From: an uncultured cyanobacterium
Lineage (GTDB): Bacteria; Cyanobacteriota; Cyanobacteriia; PCC-6307; Cyanobiaceae
Direction of reading: 5' to 3'
DNA: 64,000 bases
Assembly: GCA_913047395.1 (NCBI GenBank)
Contig: CAJWUF010000001.1
Location: 18,767 to 82,766, forward strand
The stretch's first letter is position 1. Each line of letters begins with the position of its first letter. The notes beneath the pieces were generated by a model. The model worked only from the letters and a program-made list of their open reading frames with translations, was not told the origin of the DNA and searched no databases. Shown piece by piece: positions 12,374 to 23,034 of this stretch. The translations under genes and the position numbers were made by a program.

Positions 12374-15300
12374 CTATTGATTGGTAGCCATGATCTGCTC
12401 ATCTATTAGTTGAGCTCCACGATTAATTAAGTCTTCGCGAGTAAGGTCACCATTAGAAAGCTTATTCAACAAAACCTTTTGTGCTGCATAATCTATGTTG
12501 TGTATACCAGCACGGCTCTGCAACATGCGCCATGACTTACGCCTCTCAACATGGAAAAGTACCATCTGCCGACTAATCGCATAATATTTAAACTTGCCCT
12601 TTATATCTATTTTAAAATAAACACCCCAATCAGGTACGTAAGCATGGTGATTCCTATCAAATACACGCCTATAAACAACATCTTGCTGGCTTAGTAGAGT
12701 CAAGATATTTTCTATATGAATAAATTCCCCTGACTGCGCTTCTGGGATCTCCTTTAGGTGTTTTCGGAATCGTGCCTCTCCTACTGCCCAATGAGCAACT
12801 GTCATATTATATTTCTCCCCATCAAGCTTGTATTTTGTTACCATCCAATCTCGATTGATAGAGGGATTGCCCTTGAGCTCTAAAAGATCCTGAATAACTT
12901 CGCCGGATCTTGAATTATAAATGAACTCAGGCATAGCCCGACTATCTCGAACGATCCGAGACTGATGGGCACTCATGTCATCACCAATTCCATGCTCAGG
13001 CTGGCAAGGTGTATAGCACTGGAAAAAAGCTGTGCCTCGATATTCAAGTCCATCAAGGATTGATTTATACATCTTTCCAGAATTTGCCATAGAAACCTGG
13101 GCTATAAAGGGAGAGCCATGACCAGAAGTGAAGGCCTCAGCAACACTCTTTTTCTCGGTTAATTTGCCCTGCGAAGCTTCTCCAAACTGATTCATATCAT
13201 ATCCGCCTAACATAATTGAACTGTCCGAATTTTGCCCTCCTGTATTTGAATAGACTTGGGTATCCAACATAAGCAAATTAACATTTGGTCGATTTTGTAA
13301 AACGACCTTAGAAACATTCTGGAAACCAATATCTCCCATCGCTCCATCACCTCCTATAGCCCAGACTTTGGGTAATTCTCGTATTTCCTGATCAGTCATC
13401 AGAGAATCATCTAAATGAGTCAATTCAAAGTACTCACGCTCACTAAAAACATTCTGGTCTCGTTCCAACAGTGCAGTAGCTAGTCGCTCAGGAGTTACGG
13501 AACGTCTTGCATGACTAAATACAGCTGATTCACCCATCAGCCAACTGATAGTGGCACCATCTTGAAATAAGGAATTCATCCAAGGGTAAGTATGAGGATT
13601 AGAAGGTGGCGTGGAGCCATAAACCGTATTGCAGCCAGTATGAGCACCCATATACATCGTGCACATACCATTTGGCAATCGCCCATCAACTGCTTGCAGA
13701 TCTTGATGATTAAAGGCATCTTGATTAAGAACAGATACCAAGGCATCTAATAAACTATTATCAGTTATCTGTCCATGCTTTGCTAATCGATCCAATGTGT
13801 CTTGATCGTTTTCACCACCAAGTCCCATCACAATATGTGCAACAGCTCGCTTAAACCATTTATACTCATCCTCACTTTGATCTTTAAGAGTCCTCAATAG
13901 CTGTATACCATTCTTCTGTAAACTGATCGCCTTTACACGTAAACGCTCGGCCTTCCTATGATAGATAGGGCGCATATATGCCTCTGTTAGTGACACTGCT
14001 GCTCTTAAAACACTTTTCTCTCCACAGCCAGCACAAGCACCATCTCCAGAGACAAAAGCCTCGTAATTACTTCTAATCATCAAATGTTTACGCAAAGCTG
14101 AATCAAGTGAATTCTCTGGTGATTCTGGTTGATATTTACCGAGATACTTTTGATTAGTCTCAGGTAAAAGCCTACTGAATACTTGAGCAGAAGATAAGTC
14201 AGCGTTGAGAACTGGTGTTTCGGGAATCATCCTTAATGCGTCATGCTCGCCACAAACCTGAACGCACTCACCACATCCTTTGCAATGGTCACTAACAAAA
14301 ATCGAAAAGATACCACCGGTACCAGGATTTTTCCTTTCAAGACTTTTATAAACACCAGGTACATTGTTGTAGGCAAGTGGCAACTTATCTACGATAGAAA
14401 GTAATTGCTGCCGCGAAGTTTGATCAATAGATTCAAGTAAGTCTAGCTCCTCACGTAAAATATTGCCAAATGGTTGCTTAGTTTTCGAGTTAATATTCGC
14501 ATTCATCTTCTCACGGCAACGCTTCTCTATACCCGACAACTGATCAGATAATTGTTTTACAGCCTTATCATCGCCAACATAGTTATGAATCGCAGTTTCA
14601 AGAATTGTACTGATATCCTGTGCTGTATTAGGCAGGGCAGTATCTGGACAGGCTGTTATGCACTCCATACACTGAGTACAATTTTCCGCTATATAAATTG
14701 GAATATCGCGCCTAGCTACATATTTACTCTGGGTAGCTCCACTAGCTGAACCCATTAACGAAAGACTCGCAAATGGACCGGATGGCTGATGATAACCGTA
14801 GTCATTGCGAAACTCTGAATCAAATTTTTCCAATGTCTGAAAAGGTGATCGAGTTTGACCTTCTGGCAAAGAACAATTGTTAATACCACATTGTTCACAA
14901 CCTGGGGTTGTTGGGATCTGCTTGGAAGAGATATTTTTTGGTAAAAGCCTTGGATTTCGCATGCTAGAAGTATCTTGATCATCAACCTCGCCATAAATAA
15001 TTTCCTTTACTCTCTCAAAGCCACCAGCCATAACCATCATATTAGATTCAACAACCGCATCTCCAAAGCGACCAAATTTTTTCTGGTATTGCTTGAAAAC
15101 TACCTCGCTATATTGAGCCTCACTAATGTTGTTATCCTTAAGGAAAGTGGAAACCTTAAAGAAGGCTCCTAAAAAGGTATTGCCCTGCATCCTTAATTGT
15201 AAATCAACTCGACTAGTTGCTTCTCGTGCTATATCAAAACCTGGCAGAATGTATACACGAATATTGTTATCTTTTATAAATTGGCGATGTATTGCTGGGA

Positions 15301-17107
15301 TGCGATCCCAAGCATTCGCAGGTGATTCACTTGATTCCCATACAAGGCATCCACCTTGATTTAGGCCTTGCAATGGATTTGTATGAGTGAAGGCCTTGGG
15401 ATCACAGCAAAGAACCACATCGACATGATTAAGCTCGCAATTAACCTGAATCTGCTTTGAGGCAACGGTGAGAAAATAATTAGTGGGAGCGCCTTTCTTC
15501 TCTGACCCATACTTGGGGTTGGCCATTATGAAGAGTTTGTCTTCCAATTGACCACAGTCGTCAAATGTAGGCTGTCTTTCGGAAATAATTTGTCCAAAAC
15601 TACCTATTATTTCACCAAGGTTTTTGCCTGTGGTAATCATTCCCCAACCGCCAATCGAGTGAAAGCGCACAGATATCGCTCCCTTTGGTAGCAAAGAGGG
15701 TGTATCTTGCGAGATAACGCTGTATGGGTGATCAATACCAAGGGTGAAATAGTTTTCTCCATCGGTTGAACTCCTTCCATCTTTTCTAGAGATCTGACCA
15801 ATTGCATATTCATAAGCACCAATTATGTGCTCGGGTCTAAAATCGCGAGAACCAATCCCATAACTTCCACTGAAAATACGTGGAGTTTCATCAAAGGTTA
15901 TTGCTGGCAGACTACCTCCATACTTAGCAGATTCTTGCCCTTTACTAATAGCAGTCCGAATATCACGACCCAAAGGATTATCTCCAGCCATGCCTTCATC
16001 TGTTCGCTCTAAAATTATCACTCTCTTTTTTCCACGCAATGCATTAATTAAGGCTGCCTCAGGAAAAGGCCGGATAACATTTACATGAATAGAGCCAACA
16101 GATGAGTTGTACTTTTCGGTTAAGTAGTTGCATGCCGCTTCAACATTCTCTGCTGCACAGCCAAGAGAGACAAAAACAGTATCAGCATTCTGAGTATTAT
16201 ATTGCTGTATAAGTCCGTAATAACGTCCGGTCAACTGACCAAATTCATCATAACATTGCTCTAAAAAACCAAGAATTGGTTCGTTAAAATTATCTCGACG
16301 TGCGATGACACCGTTCATGTGATGCTCTTGATTCTGTACTGGTCCTAGAAGCACCGGATTTTTGAGATCCAGCATCTCCGGCACGCGACGTCGACGAGGG
16401 CCAAAGAGTTCTTTCTGAGCATCAGTTGGGCAATCAATCTGATCATCTGGCGCTCCTAAATATTCACGCAGTAGATCCGCCTCAGGTGCTCGATAAGTGC
16501 GTTCTGAATGTGTCATCAACATTCCATCCTGTATATTCATGCCAGGATTTAAGGAAAGTTCATTACATTTACGTAGAATTATCGCCTGATCAGCTACTTG
16601 CTGAACATCTCGACCCATCAACATCGTCCAGCCAGTATCTAGAACTGCGTTTATATCATCATGGCCGCAGTGAACATTAAGTGCATGTTTAGTAAGAGCA
16701 CGTGCTCCTACTTCCAAAACCATCGTAGAAAGCTTGCCAGGGGCATGGTAATACTGCTCACTTGCATAAACAAGGCCTTGACCAGAAGTGAAATTAACTG
16801 TGCGCTTTCCTGTCATCGCAACAGCTGTGGCCCCTCCTTGCGCTGAATGTTCTCCCTCGGCTTCAATTGACAGTTTTTGGTTTCCCCAAACATCTAGGGC
16901 ACCCTCTGCAAAAGCCTGTTGATAAATCTCACCACCTTCTGTAGAGGGTGTAATTGGGTAATAAACGCCCCCTTCGGTTATACGCGTCTCTACCCACTTG
17001 GTGACAAGCTGATTTCCATTGCAAGTCACAGGAATCCCTGGATACTTCGGCTTATCGACCCCTAATTCTGCGGGGATCAATTTTTGTTCTACGGTTTGAT
17101 CTGCCAT
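12374..17107 (-). CDS. nifJ: fused pyruvate:ferredoxin/flavodoxin (2-oxoacid:acceptor) oxidoreductase, 1577 aa
   Basis: YPITPS, EGEHSA, TSGQGL; gamma-domain GGWGMIT/YGSEKKG; two 4Fe-4S motifs CTQCMECITAC and CKGCGECVQVC; ACAGCGE; TPP motif GGDG...N; YSNTGGQ. Confidence 0.92.
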   Translation of the reverse strand: MADQTVEQKLIPAELGVDKPKYPGIPVTCNGNQLVTKWVETRITEGGVYYPITPSTEGGEIYQQAFAEGALDVWGNQKLSIEAEGEHSAQGGATAVAMTGKRTVNFTSGQGLVYASEQYYHAPGKLSTMVLEVGARALTKHALNVHCGHDDINAVLDTGWTMLMGRDVQQVADQAIILRKCNELSLNPGMNIQDGMLMTHSERTYRAPEADLLREYLGAPDDQIDCPTDAQKELFGPRRRRVPEMLDLKNPVLLGPVQNQEHHMNGVIARRDNFNEPILGFLEQCYDEFGQLTGRYYGLIQQYNTQNADTVFVSLGCAAENVEAACNYLTEKYNSSVGSIHVNVIRPFPEAALINALRGKKRVIILERTDEGMAGDNPLGRDIRTAISKGQESAKYGGSLPAITFDETPRIFSGSYGIGSRDFRPEHIIGAYEYAIGQISRKDGRSSTDGENYFTLGIDHPYSVISQDTPSLLPKGAISVRFHSIGGWGMITTGKNLGEIIGSFGQIISERQPTFDDCGQLEDKLFIMANPKYGSEKKGAPTNYFLTVASKQIQVNCELNHVDVVLCCDPKAFTHTNPLQGLNQGGCLVWESSESPANAWDRIPAIHRQFIKDNNIRVYILPGFDIAREATSRVDLQLRMQGNTFLGAFFKVSTFLKDNNISEAQYSEVVFKQYQKKFGRFGDAVVESNMMVMAGGFERVKEIIYGEVDDQDTSSMRNPRLLPKNISSKQIPTTPGCEQCGINNCSLPEGQTRSPFQTLEKFDSEFRNDYGYHQPSGPFASLSLMGSASGATQSKYVARRDIPIYIAENCTQCMECITACPDTALPNTAQDISTILETAIHNYVGDDKAVKQLSDQLSGIEKRCREKMNANINSKTKQPFGNILREELDLLESIDQTSRQQLLSIVDKLPLAYNNVPGVYKSLERKNPGTGGIFSIFVSDHCKGCGECVQVCGEHDALRMIPETPVLNADLSSAQVFSRLLPETNQKYLGKYQPESPENSLDSALRKHLMIRSNYEAFVSGDGACAGCGEKSVLRAAVSLTEAYMRPIYHRKAERLRVKAISLQKNGIQLLRTLKDQSEDEYKWFKRAVAHIVMGLGGENDQDTLDRLAKHGQITDNSLLDALVSVLNQDAFNHQDLQAVDGRLPNGMCTMYMGAHTGCNTVYGSTPPSNPHTYPWMNSLFQDGATISWLMGESAVFSHARRSVTPERLATALLERDQNVFSEREYFELTHLDDSLMTDQEIRELPKVWAIGGDGAMGDIGFQNVSKVVLQNRPNVNLLMLDTQVYSNTGGQNSDSSIMLGGYDMNQFGEASQGKLTEKKSVAEAFTSGHGSPFIAQVSMANSGKMYKSILDGLEYRGTAFFQCYTPCQPEHGIGDDMSAHQSRIVRDSRAMPEFIYNSRSGEVIQDLLELKGNPSINRDWMVTKYKLDGEKYNMTVAHWAVGEARFRKHLKEIPEAQSGEFIHIENILTLLSQQDVVYRRVFDRNHHAYVPDWGVYFKIDIKGKFKYYAISRQMVLFHVERRKSWRMLQSRAGIHNIDYAAQKVLLNKLSNGDLTREDLINRGAQLIDEQIMATNQ

Positions 17108-17704
17108 ACGTAGAAATTAAAATGTGGAAAGTCTGCGAAATGACTGTTGAAAGCTTGGACTGGTTACAGCTCTTGATCAGAAATGGGTGAAGTGGCAATT
17201 AAGCCTAGAAGGCTATGAAGACCTTTTGAAAGTCCTAGAGCCCAACAATCCGAAGCTGGTCTGTCACACGCTTTGGCTTGGATCTAACCAAAGCTGCTGC
17301 ATTGCTCAACACCCAACCCATTTACCTGGCAATTATGCCTAGTCAAAATGGCTGCATAGATTTAGTTAGCTGAGTTGCTGTGACGGCTCATTAGTCTTCA
17401 TGAAGATCAGATCGCGAGACCCCCTGCTATGACAAGCATCTCGATCGTGAAAAGAAGCAAAGGATTAAAACCCGAAGCGAATTAAATCGCCAAAAGGGAG
17501 CTGCCTCATAAGTTTTTCAAGTTCACTACCAATGGAATAGACCCCTGATTTATTGCCTATAGGTTCATGGTTTGAGATGGAGCAAGCCGCTCAAAGCAAG
17601 TTTTCTGCAGCATTAGTGAAAACAGATCTGCAGACCTATAGAAGATTTCAAGACATTGGGCTAATCCTTGGTAAGCATCAGGAGCATGAGATTGTCCGCT
17701 AGCC

Positions 17705-18934
17705 ATGCCCTATAGCGACCTTGACTTGGCGGTAATCAGTTTGGTGGTTTTCGCCTACTGCTTACTGTCGAGGCGTTTGGCCAGAACAGCAGTCTCTGGA
17801 CCGCTGGTCTTTGTTGCACTCGGATTAATACTGGGTCCTAGCAACCTTGGCTGGCTCAGAATCTCAGTGGATTCAGAGCTGCTACGACGCCTAGCAGAAA
17901 TAACACTAGGGCTGGTGTTATTCACCGATGCAGCAGCATTGGACTGGCCTGTCTTACGCAAAAATGCCAGGCTGCCGTTACGTCTATTACTGATAGGGCT
18001 ACCACTGAGCATCTTCGTGGGATTTGCTGTTGCCCATTTAATGCTGCCCCAGTTGGGAATTGTTGAGGCAGCACTTCTTGCCGTAGTGCTAGCACCAACG
18101 GATGCGGCCCTGGGTCAGGCGGTTACAACCAATCCAGAAGTTCCAGAAGCCATACGAGAAGACCTGAATGTCGAAAGCGGCCTTAATGACGGCATCTGCG
18201 TTCCACTGTTGTTGTGTTTGCTTGGAATCGCCGCTGGACATGTTGACCAGATCAATAGTCCCAAAGATGCTCTGTTGAACTTCAGCCATCTACTAGTAAG
18301 CGAACTAGGTATCGGCCTTGGGATTGGGGCCTGCGTAGGAATCTTGGGTTGCTGGCTGAGAGATCTTGCACAGAATCGTCAATGGATAGCTGCTGACTGG
18401 AGACCTCTGATCACAGTGGCCCTCGCATTGAGCTCCTACACACTTGCTCAAACTCTTGAAGGAAGTGGTTTTATTGCCTGTTTCATCGCAGGCCTGCTTT
18501 ATGGAATACGCAGTAGTAAAGAACTAAAAGAAGATGAGATGGTGGCCTCCCTCTCTATGGGAGACATGTTGGCACTGCTGACTTGGGTACTTTTTGGCAG
18601 CGCCATGGTGCCAGACGCCTTGAACAACATCACATTCGCAAACATTACATATGGAGTATTGAGCCTAACTCTGGTTAGAATTGTGCCAGTTGCCATTGCA
18701 ACCGGTGGCATCGGACTTGATAACTGGACGAAACTATTCGTTGGCTGGTTTGGGCCAAGAGGTTTGGCCAGCATTGTTTTTGTTGTAATGGTTGTTGATG
18801 CAGCTATTCCAAACTCGCAGACCATACTCACAACAACCACTATCACGATTTTGCTGAGTGTGATTGCTCATGGAATTACAGCAAATTGGCTTTCGATTTA
18901 CTACGGTAGATGGGAGCGCAATCATACGTCGTGA
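17705..18934 (+). CDS. Na+/H+ antiporter (CPA1/NhaP-like)
   Basis: about 12 hydrophobic segments; LAPTDA, ESGLNDG, WFGPRGLAS motifs. Confidence 0.9.
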   Translation: MPYSDLDLAVISLVVFAYCLLSRRLARTAVSGPLVFVALGLILGPSNLGWLRISVDSELLRRLAEITLGLVLFTDAAALDWPVLRKNARLPLRLLLIGLPLSIFVGFAVAHLMLPQLGIVEAALLAVVLAPTDAALGQAVTTNPEVPEAIREDLNVESGLNDGICVPLLLCLLGIAAGHVDQINSPKDALLNFSHLLVSELGIGLGIGACVGILGCWLRDLAQNRQWIAADWRPLITVALALSSYTLAQTLEGSGFIACFIAGLLYGIRSSKELKEDEMVASLSMGDMLALLTWVLFGSAMVPDALNNITFANITYGVLSLTLVRIVPVAIATGGIGLDNWTKLFVGWFGPRGLASIVFVVMVVDAAIPNSQTILTTTTITILLSVIAHGITANWLSIYYGRWERNHTS

Positions 18935-19268
18935 GAGATAAGAAAGTGGTGCATATAAATACATCATCCATAAACCAGGAAGACTCTGCACAATCTATTG
19001 AAACATCAAAAGCACTAATACACAACCAATAATATGTTCATCAATCAAAGCGTCAATGCATACAACTATTCGCAAGCATAGCCCAAGCAATAAATATCGC
19101 TAATTATCACCTAAAAACGCAATACCATTATACCTACTATAATCATCAACCAAGTCCTTAGCAAAAAAGAAAGCTATCTTCAATCCATTCATATCAAGAT
19201 ATTTCGCCAACTCAATGTACAACTACACTGCATCTAGTCATTGAAAGCCAAGGTCCGAAGAGATTACT

Positions 19269-19799
19269 TTAAGCAGAAAGCCAAATCAATGCTATTGCAC
19301 AATAGATAAGTCCTGCGAGTGCAGGAAGAATATTAAGCGCAAAGCCAGGGGCTCGGAGCAATGGATTATGCCTATATCCCAGCCAAAATACCAACCTACC
19401 AAAGATAAATGTACCAGAATAGATCGGCAAGAGCGTCAAATATGGGAAAGGCAGGAGAATAGATAAAGCCATTACATTTATGATAAATATGCTTAACTGC
19501 TCATGGGTATTAGCAAGCACGCGTAGGTCAACCTCCATGGAATGAGAACTAGCTAATACACGAGTAGGATCTTCTGCAGGATTTCCAAATCGCTGGGATC
19601 CAATGCGGATTATCAATACGACAAAAAATAGAGCTGGAAAAACCAAACACTTGATTCCGAGCTTAATACGACTAAGTAATCCGGGGTCATAATCGAGATG
19701 CGGTATAAAAATATAGAGAGTGACAAACACTATGAGTGTCAGAAAGATCCCGTAAAATATTCCACGCTTGACAGTAAGATTGTCTTTTCTTTGCGACAT
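19269..19799 (-). CDS. MAPEG-like membrane protein
   Basis: four TM segments; LANTHEQ and GRLVFWLGY motifs. Confidence 0.75.
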   Translation of the reverse strand: MSQRKDNLTVKRGIFYGIFLTLIVFVTLYIFIPHLDYDPGLLSRIKLGIKCLVFPALFFVVLIIRIGSQRFGNPAEDPTRVLASSHSMEVDLRVLANTHEQLSIFIINVMALSILLPFPYLTLLPIYSGTFIFGRLVFWLGYRHNPLLRAPGFALNILPALAGLIYCAIALIWLSA

Positions 19800-19899
19800 A
19801 ATTACCTAAGCAAATTAGCCTCATATAACACAATAACGAAAATTAATAAACATCGAGCGGTATGCTCATTATTCTAATCAGAGTGAAGCATGGTAAAAC

Positions 19900-21108
19900 T
19901 TAGGCCAGGGAACGACCTTTCCATGTCCAACTACGACCTGTAAGAGTTCTCCATACAGAAGTAGGACCAAGCAAACCAATTAAAAGGCCGCCTGCACCCA
20001 TCAACCACCAGTTTGTAAGTGGCACCTGGAATCTCCATCTTGTCCAAAGACGTAGCAAGAATTGAAGCCCAACCCCCAAGACCGACAACCGCAACGCCAG
20101 TAGCATCTGCAAATCAATAGGCAACAGGATCAAACTGATAGCGACTGAAAAAAGAATTAGCCAGGGACAAGCAAACAGCCAAAACACAACTACTGATGCA
20201 CCTATTGCTTTGAATACACTTCGATCTAGGCCCAGAAACCAGTTCTTGCTCCAACCCTCCCATAAAGCAGAAAAATTGGAATACATTCGTAATTCCAAAG
20301 CATCAAGACCGAGCAAGTAACGCAGCCGAAACCCAGATGCCTTAACACGGCGAGCCAGAGCCAGGTCCTCTACTACAACACCTGCCAGTGCTCTGTGACC
20401 GCCAATTGCCTCATAGGCTGAACGACGAAAGAGCATGAACGGTCCTGCGGCAAATGCTGTTTTATCTGCAGGATCATTAGCGGCTTTAATTGGGAAACCA
20501 AGCGCCAAAAGACAAGCCATAATCGGCTGGACCATCCACTCAGAAATACAGCTGCAGTTGATACGTGGAACCAAGCTAAGCAGATCTGCCTCTTCCTCTA
20601 TTGCCTGAGATAGTGCTCTTCGCAAGGTATCTGGTTGAAGGTAGACATCTGCATCCATAAATAGAACCCAAGGTGTGCTCACTTGCTCCATAGCTCGTGA
20701 ACATGCCCAGTTCTTACCGACCCAACGTTCGGTCTGCGGGCGAGCACCGGCATTTAGAAGTGAAAATCGATCTTCGGCCTCATAGGCAACTTGGCTTGCA
20801 AGCTTTACTGTTTCATCAGTACTACCATCATCAACCAAAAGCACCCTCCATCTCTTACAGGGTGAGCGACTAGCAAAGAGGCTGGTCAAACAGACATTAA
20901 TGTTGTCTGCCTCGTTGTAAGCCGGAACAACAACTGTGAGCTCGGTGTCAAGTGAGTCCTCTTTTGCTAAAAATTGAGCAGCCTCAATCGGCAGAGTCTT
21001 CAATCGTGGAGCATGCATAAATACACGCACAAGGGCTAAAAGCAGAATCAACAAACCAAATGCCGCACTAGCAGCTAGAAAGGCCGGTATCCAGGCAAGA
21101 ATCAGCAA
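19900..21108 (-). CDS. glycosyltransferase family 2 (CruC/HpnB-like membrane glycosyltransferase)
   Basis: VVPAYNE, VDDGSTD, WVGKNWA, DAD, VEDL, C-terminal WKGR. Confidence 0.88.
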   Translation of the reverse strand: MLILAWIPAFLAASAAFGLLILLLALVRVFMHAPRLKTLPIEAAQFLAKEDSLDTELTVVVPAYNEADNINVCLTSLFASRSPCKRWRVLLVDDGSTDETVKLASQVAYEAEDRFSLLNAGARPQTERWVGKNWACSRAMEQVSTPWVLFMDADVYLQPDTLRRALSQAIEEEADLLSLVPRINCSCISEWMVQPIMACLLALGFPIKAANDPADKTAFAAGPFMLFRRSAYEAIGGHRALAGVVVEDLALARRVKASGFRLRYLLGLDALELRMYSNFSALWEGWSKNWFLGLDRSVFKAIGASVVVFWLFACPWLILFSVAISLILLPIDLQMLLALRLSVLGVGLQFLLRLWTRWRFQVPLTNWWLMGAGGLLIGLLGPTSVWRTLTGRSWTWKGRSLA

Positions 21109-21453
21109 GGTGGTTTGATTCGACAGTTACAGGAGCCCATCATCACAAGAAAAGGCCATGTTGATGGGATAGCACTAGTTAGCTCGTTGCAAGAGGCTCG
21201 AGCTTGCATATACAAGGTATAAGCCAGCTAAAGCAATAAGAGAGAAAAACATGTGAACTTTTCATGCTCTAAAAGCAAAATCCGCGCAAAAAGAGACGGT
21301 TACGAGATGAAAAGCCTAAGGGTTAAGCATTTGAACATTAAATACTTTAAAATTACCAAGTCAGCTGTAGGCAGAAATAAATACAGTCTAAAATGCAGGC
21401 AAGGAAGTTAAGATGTCAGAATAGGTATCACTCCTTAACTAACAGGTCTAGCA

Positions 21454-21861
21454 TTGTCATCTGAAAAGCCAATTGAACCTAGTGCGGAGATCCAGTTTCA
21501 AACGGAGAAGCTGACTCGGACAATTCAGGAATGCAACGACATAGAAACACTAAGGGAAATCGCAATAGAATTACTTCAACTTCATGAGAAGAAAAGTGCA
21601 ATAGCCCAATGGGCAACGATTAGAGGTGCTGAAGCTGAATGCAGAGCACTGATTGCAGAATCCGATAAGGTAGGGAGTGTATGCAAAATATTTAAAATAA
21701 TTCGTAGCGATGGCAATTCAGATGAACTCACGGCCAAGATTTTCTCTAGTTATGACGAGGCTCATATAGTTCTTGAACGGTATTACACAGACATATCAGG
21801 CTCTGATGAAGATGAACGGGAGTACTATGAGATTATTGAAGTTAATCGGCAAGGGGCTTAA
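21454..21861 (+). CDS. hypothetical protein (possibly two small fused modules)
   Basis: 135-codon ORF with coding-like composition in an AT-rich context. Confidence 0.65.
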   Translation: MSSEKPIEPSAEIQFQTEKLTRTIQECNDIETLREIAIELLQLHEKKSAIAQWATIRGAEAECRALIAESDKVGSVCKIFKIIRSDGNSDELTAKIFSSYDEAHIVLERYYTDISGSDEDEREYYEIIEVNRQGA

Positions 21862-22158
21862 AATGATTTCAATTCAGGGTCGGCCAAAAATAATAGACAG
21901 TTATTTGCAAATAATTGTATTAAAGGCAATTCTATTTCTACTAGTCTCTAAATCTATTTTTAATTTTTGAAGTCAAAAGGTTGAGAAAATACTATCTACA
22001 AAAATCATAGGAGGTATAATAAAAGCACAGATAAAATAACAAAAATAGAGGCAAGTCAAGACAACTAATGCATATGCTTACCATGCTTTCACCGCAGGGT
22101 TTTCAAACACCCTTCAACTGCACTATCAAAACCATATGCTGGGGTCACCAGCCGAGAT

Positions 22159-22275
22159 TCACCAAGGCAGATTCCAGCCCATGTGACCAAATAGCCAAAT
22201 TCCGAAAGTGAGCTTGGCACCAGTAGCCAAAAGCCACCATCCAATTAGCTGTTTTTTCGAAAAGCCAAACAGCAT
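22159..22275 (-). CDS. putative 38-aa membrane microprotein
   Basis: manual translation MLFGFSKKQLIGWWLLATGAKLTFGIWLFGHMGWNLPW*; AGGTAG upstream; below the ORF-track cutoff. Confidence 0.5.
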   Translation of the reverse strand: MLFGFSKKQLIGWWLLATGAKLTFGIWLFGHMGWNLPW

Positions 22276-22349
22276 TTCGTTAACTACCTAGTCAGTCACT
22301 TTCATAACCCATCAACCTGCCTGTTAGCCACTAGCTGTAGTGGTTAGTC

Positions 22350-22380
22350 AAAAAAAACTCCAGGGATTGCCCTGGAGTTT
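22350..22380 (-). terminator. intrinsic terminator
   Basis: 11-bp perfect stem AAACTCCAGGG/CCCTGGAGTTT with a T8 tract on the minus strand. Confidence 0.85.
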
Positions 22381-22587
22381 GGTTTGTCTTGCTCAATTCA
22401 AATCAAAACGCTCCACCTGAGCCTGCGCTCTCGTGAGAAATACTCATAAGGTTGGCTCGCTTATAGCGATGACATGCAGGGACACAAAGAATACTCACTG
22501 CTAGGTATAAAAACCAAGGAGTATATGTACCCAGCCAGCTCCTTGAAGGGTTTGTGAGTTTTTATTGAATCAAGATCAAAAGCTTTT

Positions 22588-23034
22588 TCATTCCTTGATT
22601 TTGCTCTTGTAATAGCGATCAACATCCAACCACTTCCAAGTGGCCTTAGCTGATTTAGGACCGACAAAGGCAGCCGCAAGGAGTATTGGCAGCGATACCC
22701 AGGCGTAGTTTTCATGAATCATCCACCAGATTAGCCATCCCACAAATGAGAGTTGGATAAGGCCAAAAACGGTAAAGGCAGTTCCTCTGGGGTAGCGGAA
22801 ACCCTTGTAGAGAAGGACGGTGCACATGCCAAGGGTGAAGGCTGGCGGGATGGCCTTGGCGATGTTGAGAACCCAAAACTCAAACAGAGATGTTGCTCCA
22901 TATGGATGGAAGACACTGAATTGGGGATTGGCTGCCAACAGTGCTAGCAGCGATATGACGGTGAAAACTCCGGCGACTAGACGACTCATGGCTTCACGGG
23001 GATGCCCCAAGGAGATAGCTGATACTGATAACAC
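22588..23034 (-). CDS. hypothetical membrane protein
   Basis: about four hydrophobic segments; real start may be ATG 22989 (MSRLVAG). Confidence 0.7.
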   Translation of the reverse strand: MLSVSAISLGHPREAMSRLVAGVFTVISLLALLAANPQFSVFHPYGATSLFEFWVLNIAKAIPPAFTLGMCTVLLYKGFRYPRGTAFTVFGLIQLSFVGWLIWWMIHENYAWVSLPILLAAAFVGPKSAKATWKWLDVDRYYKSKIKE

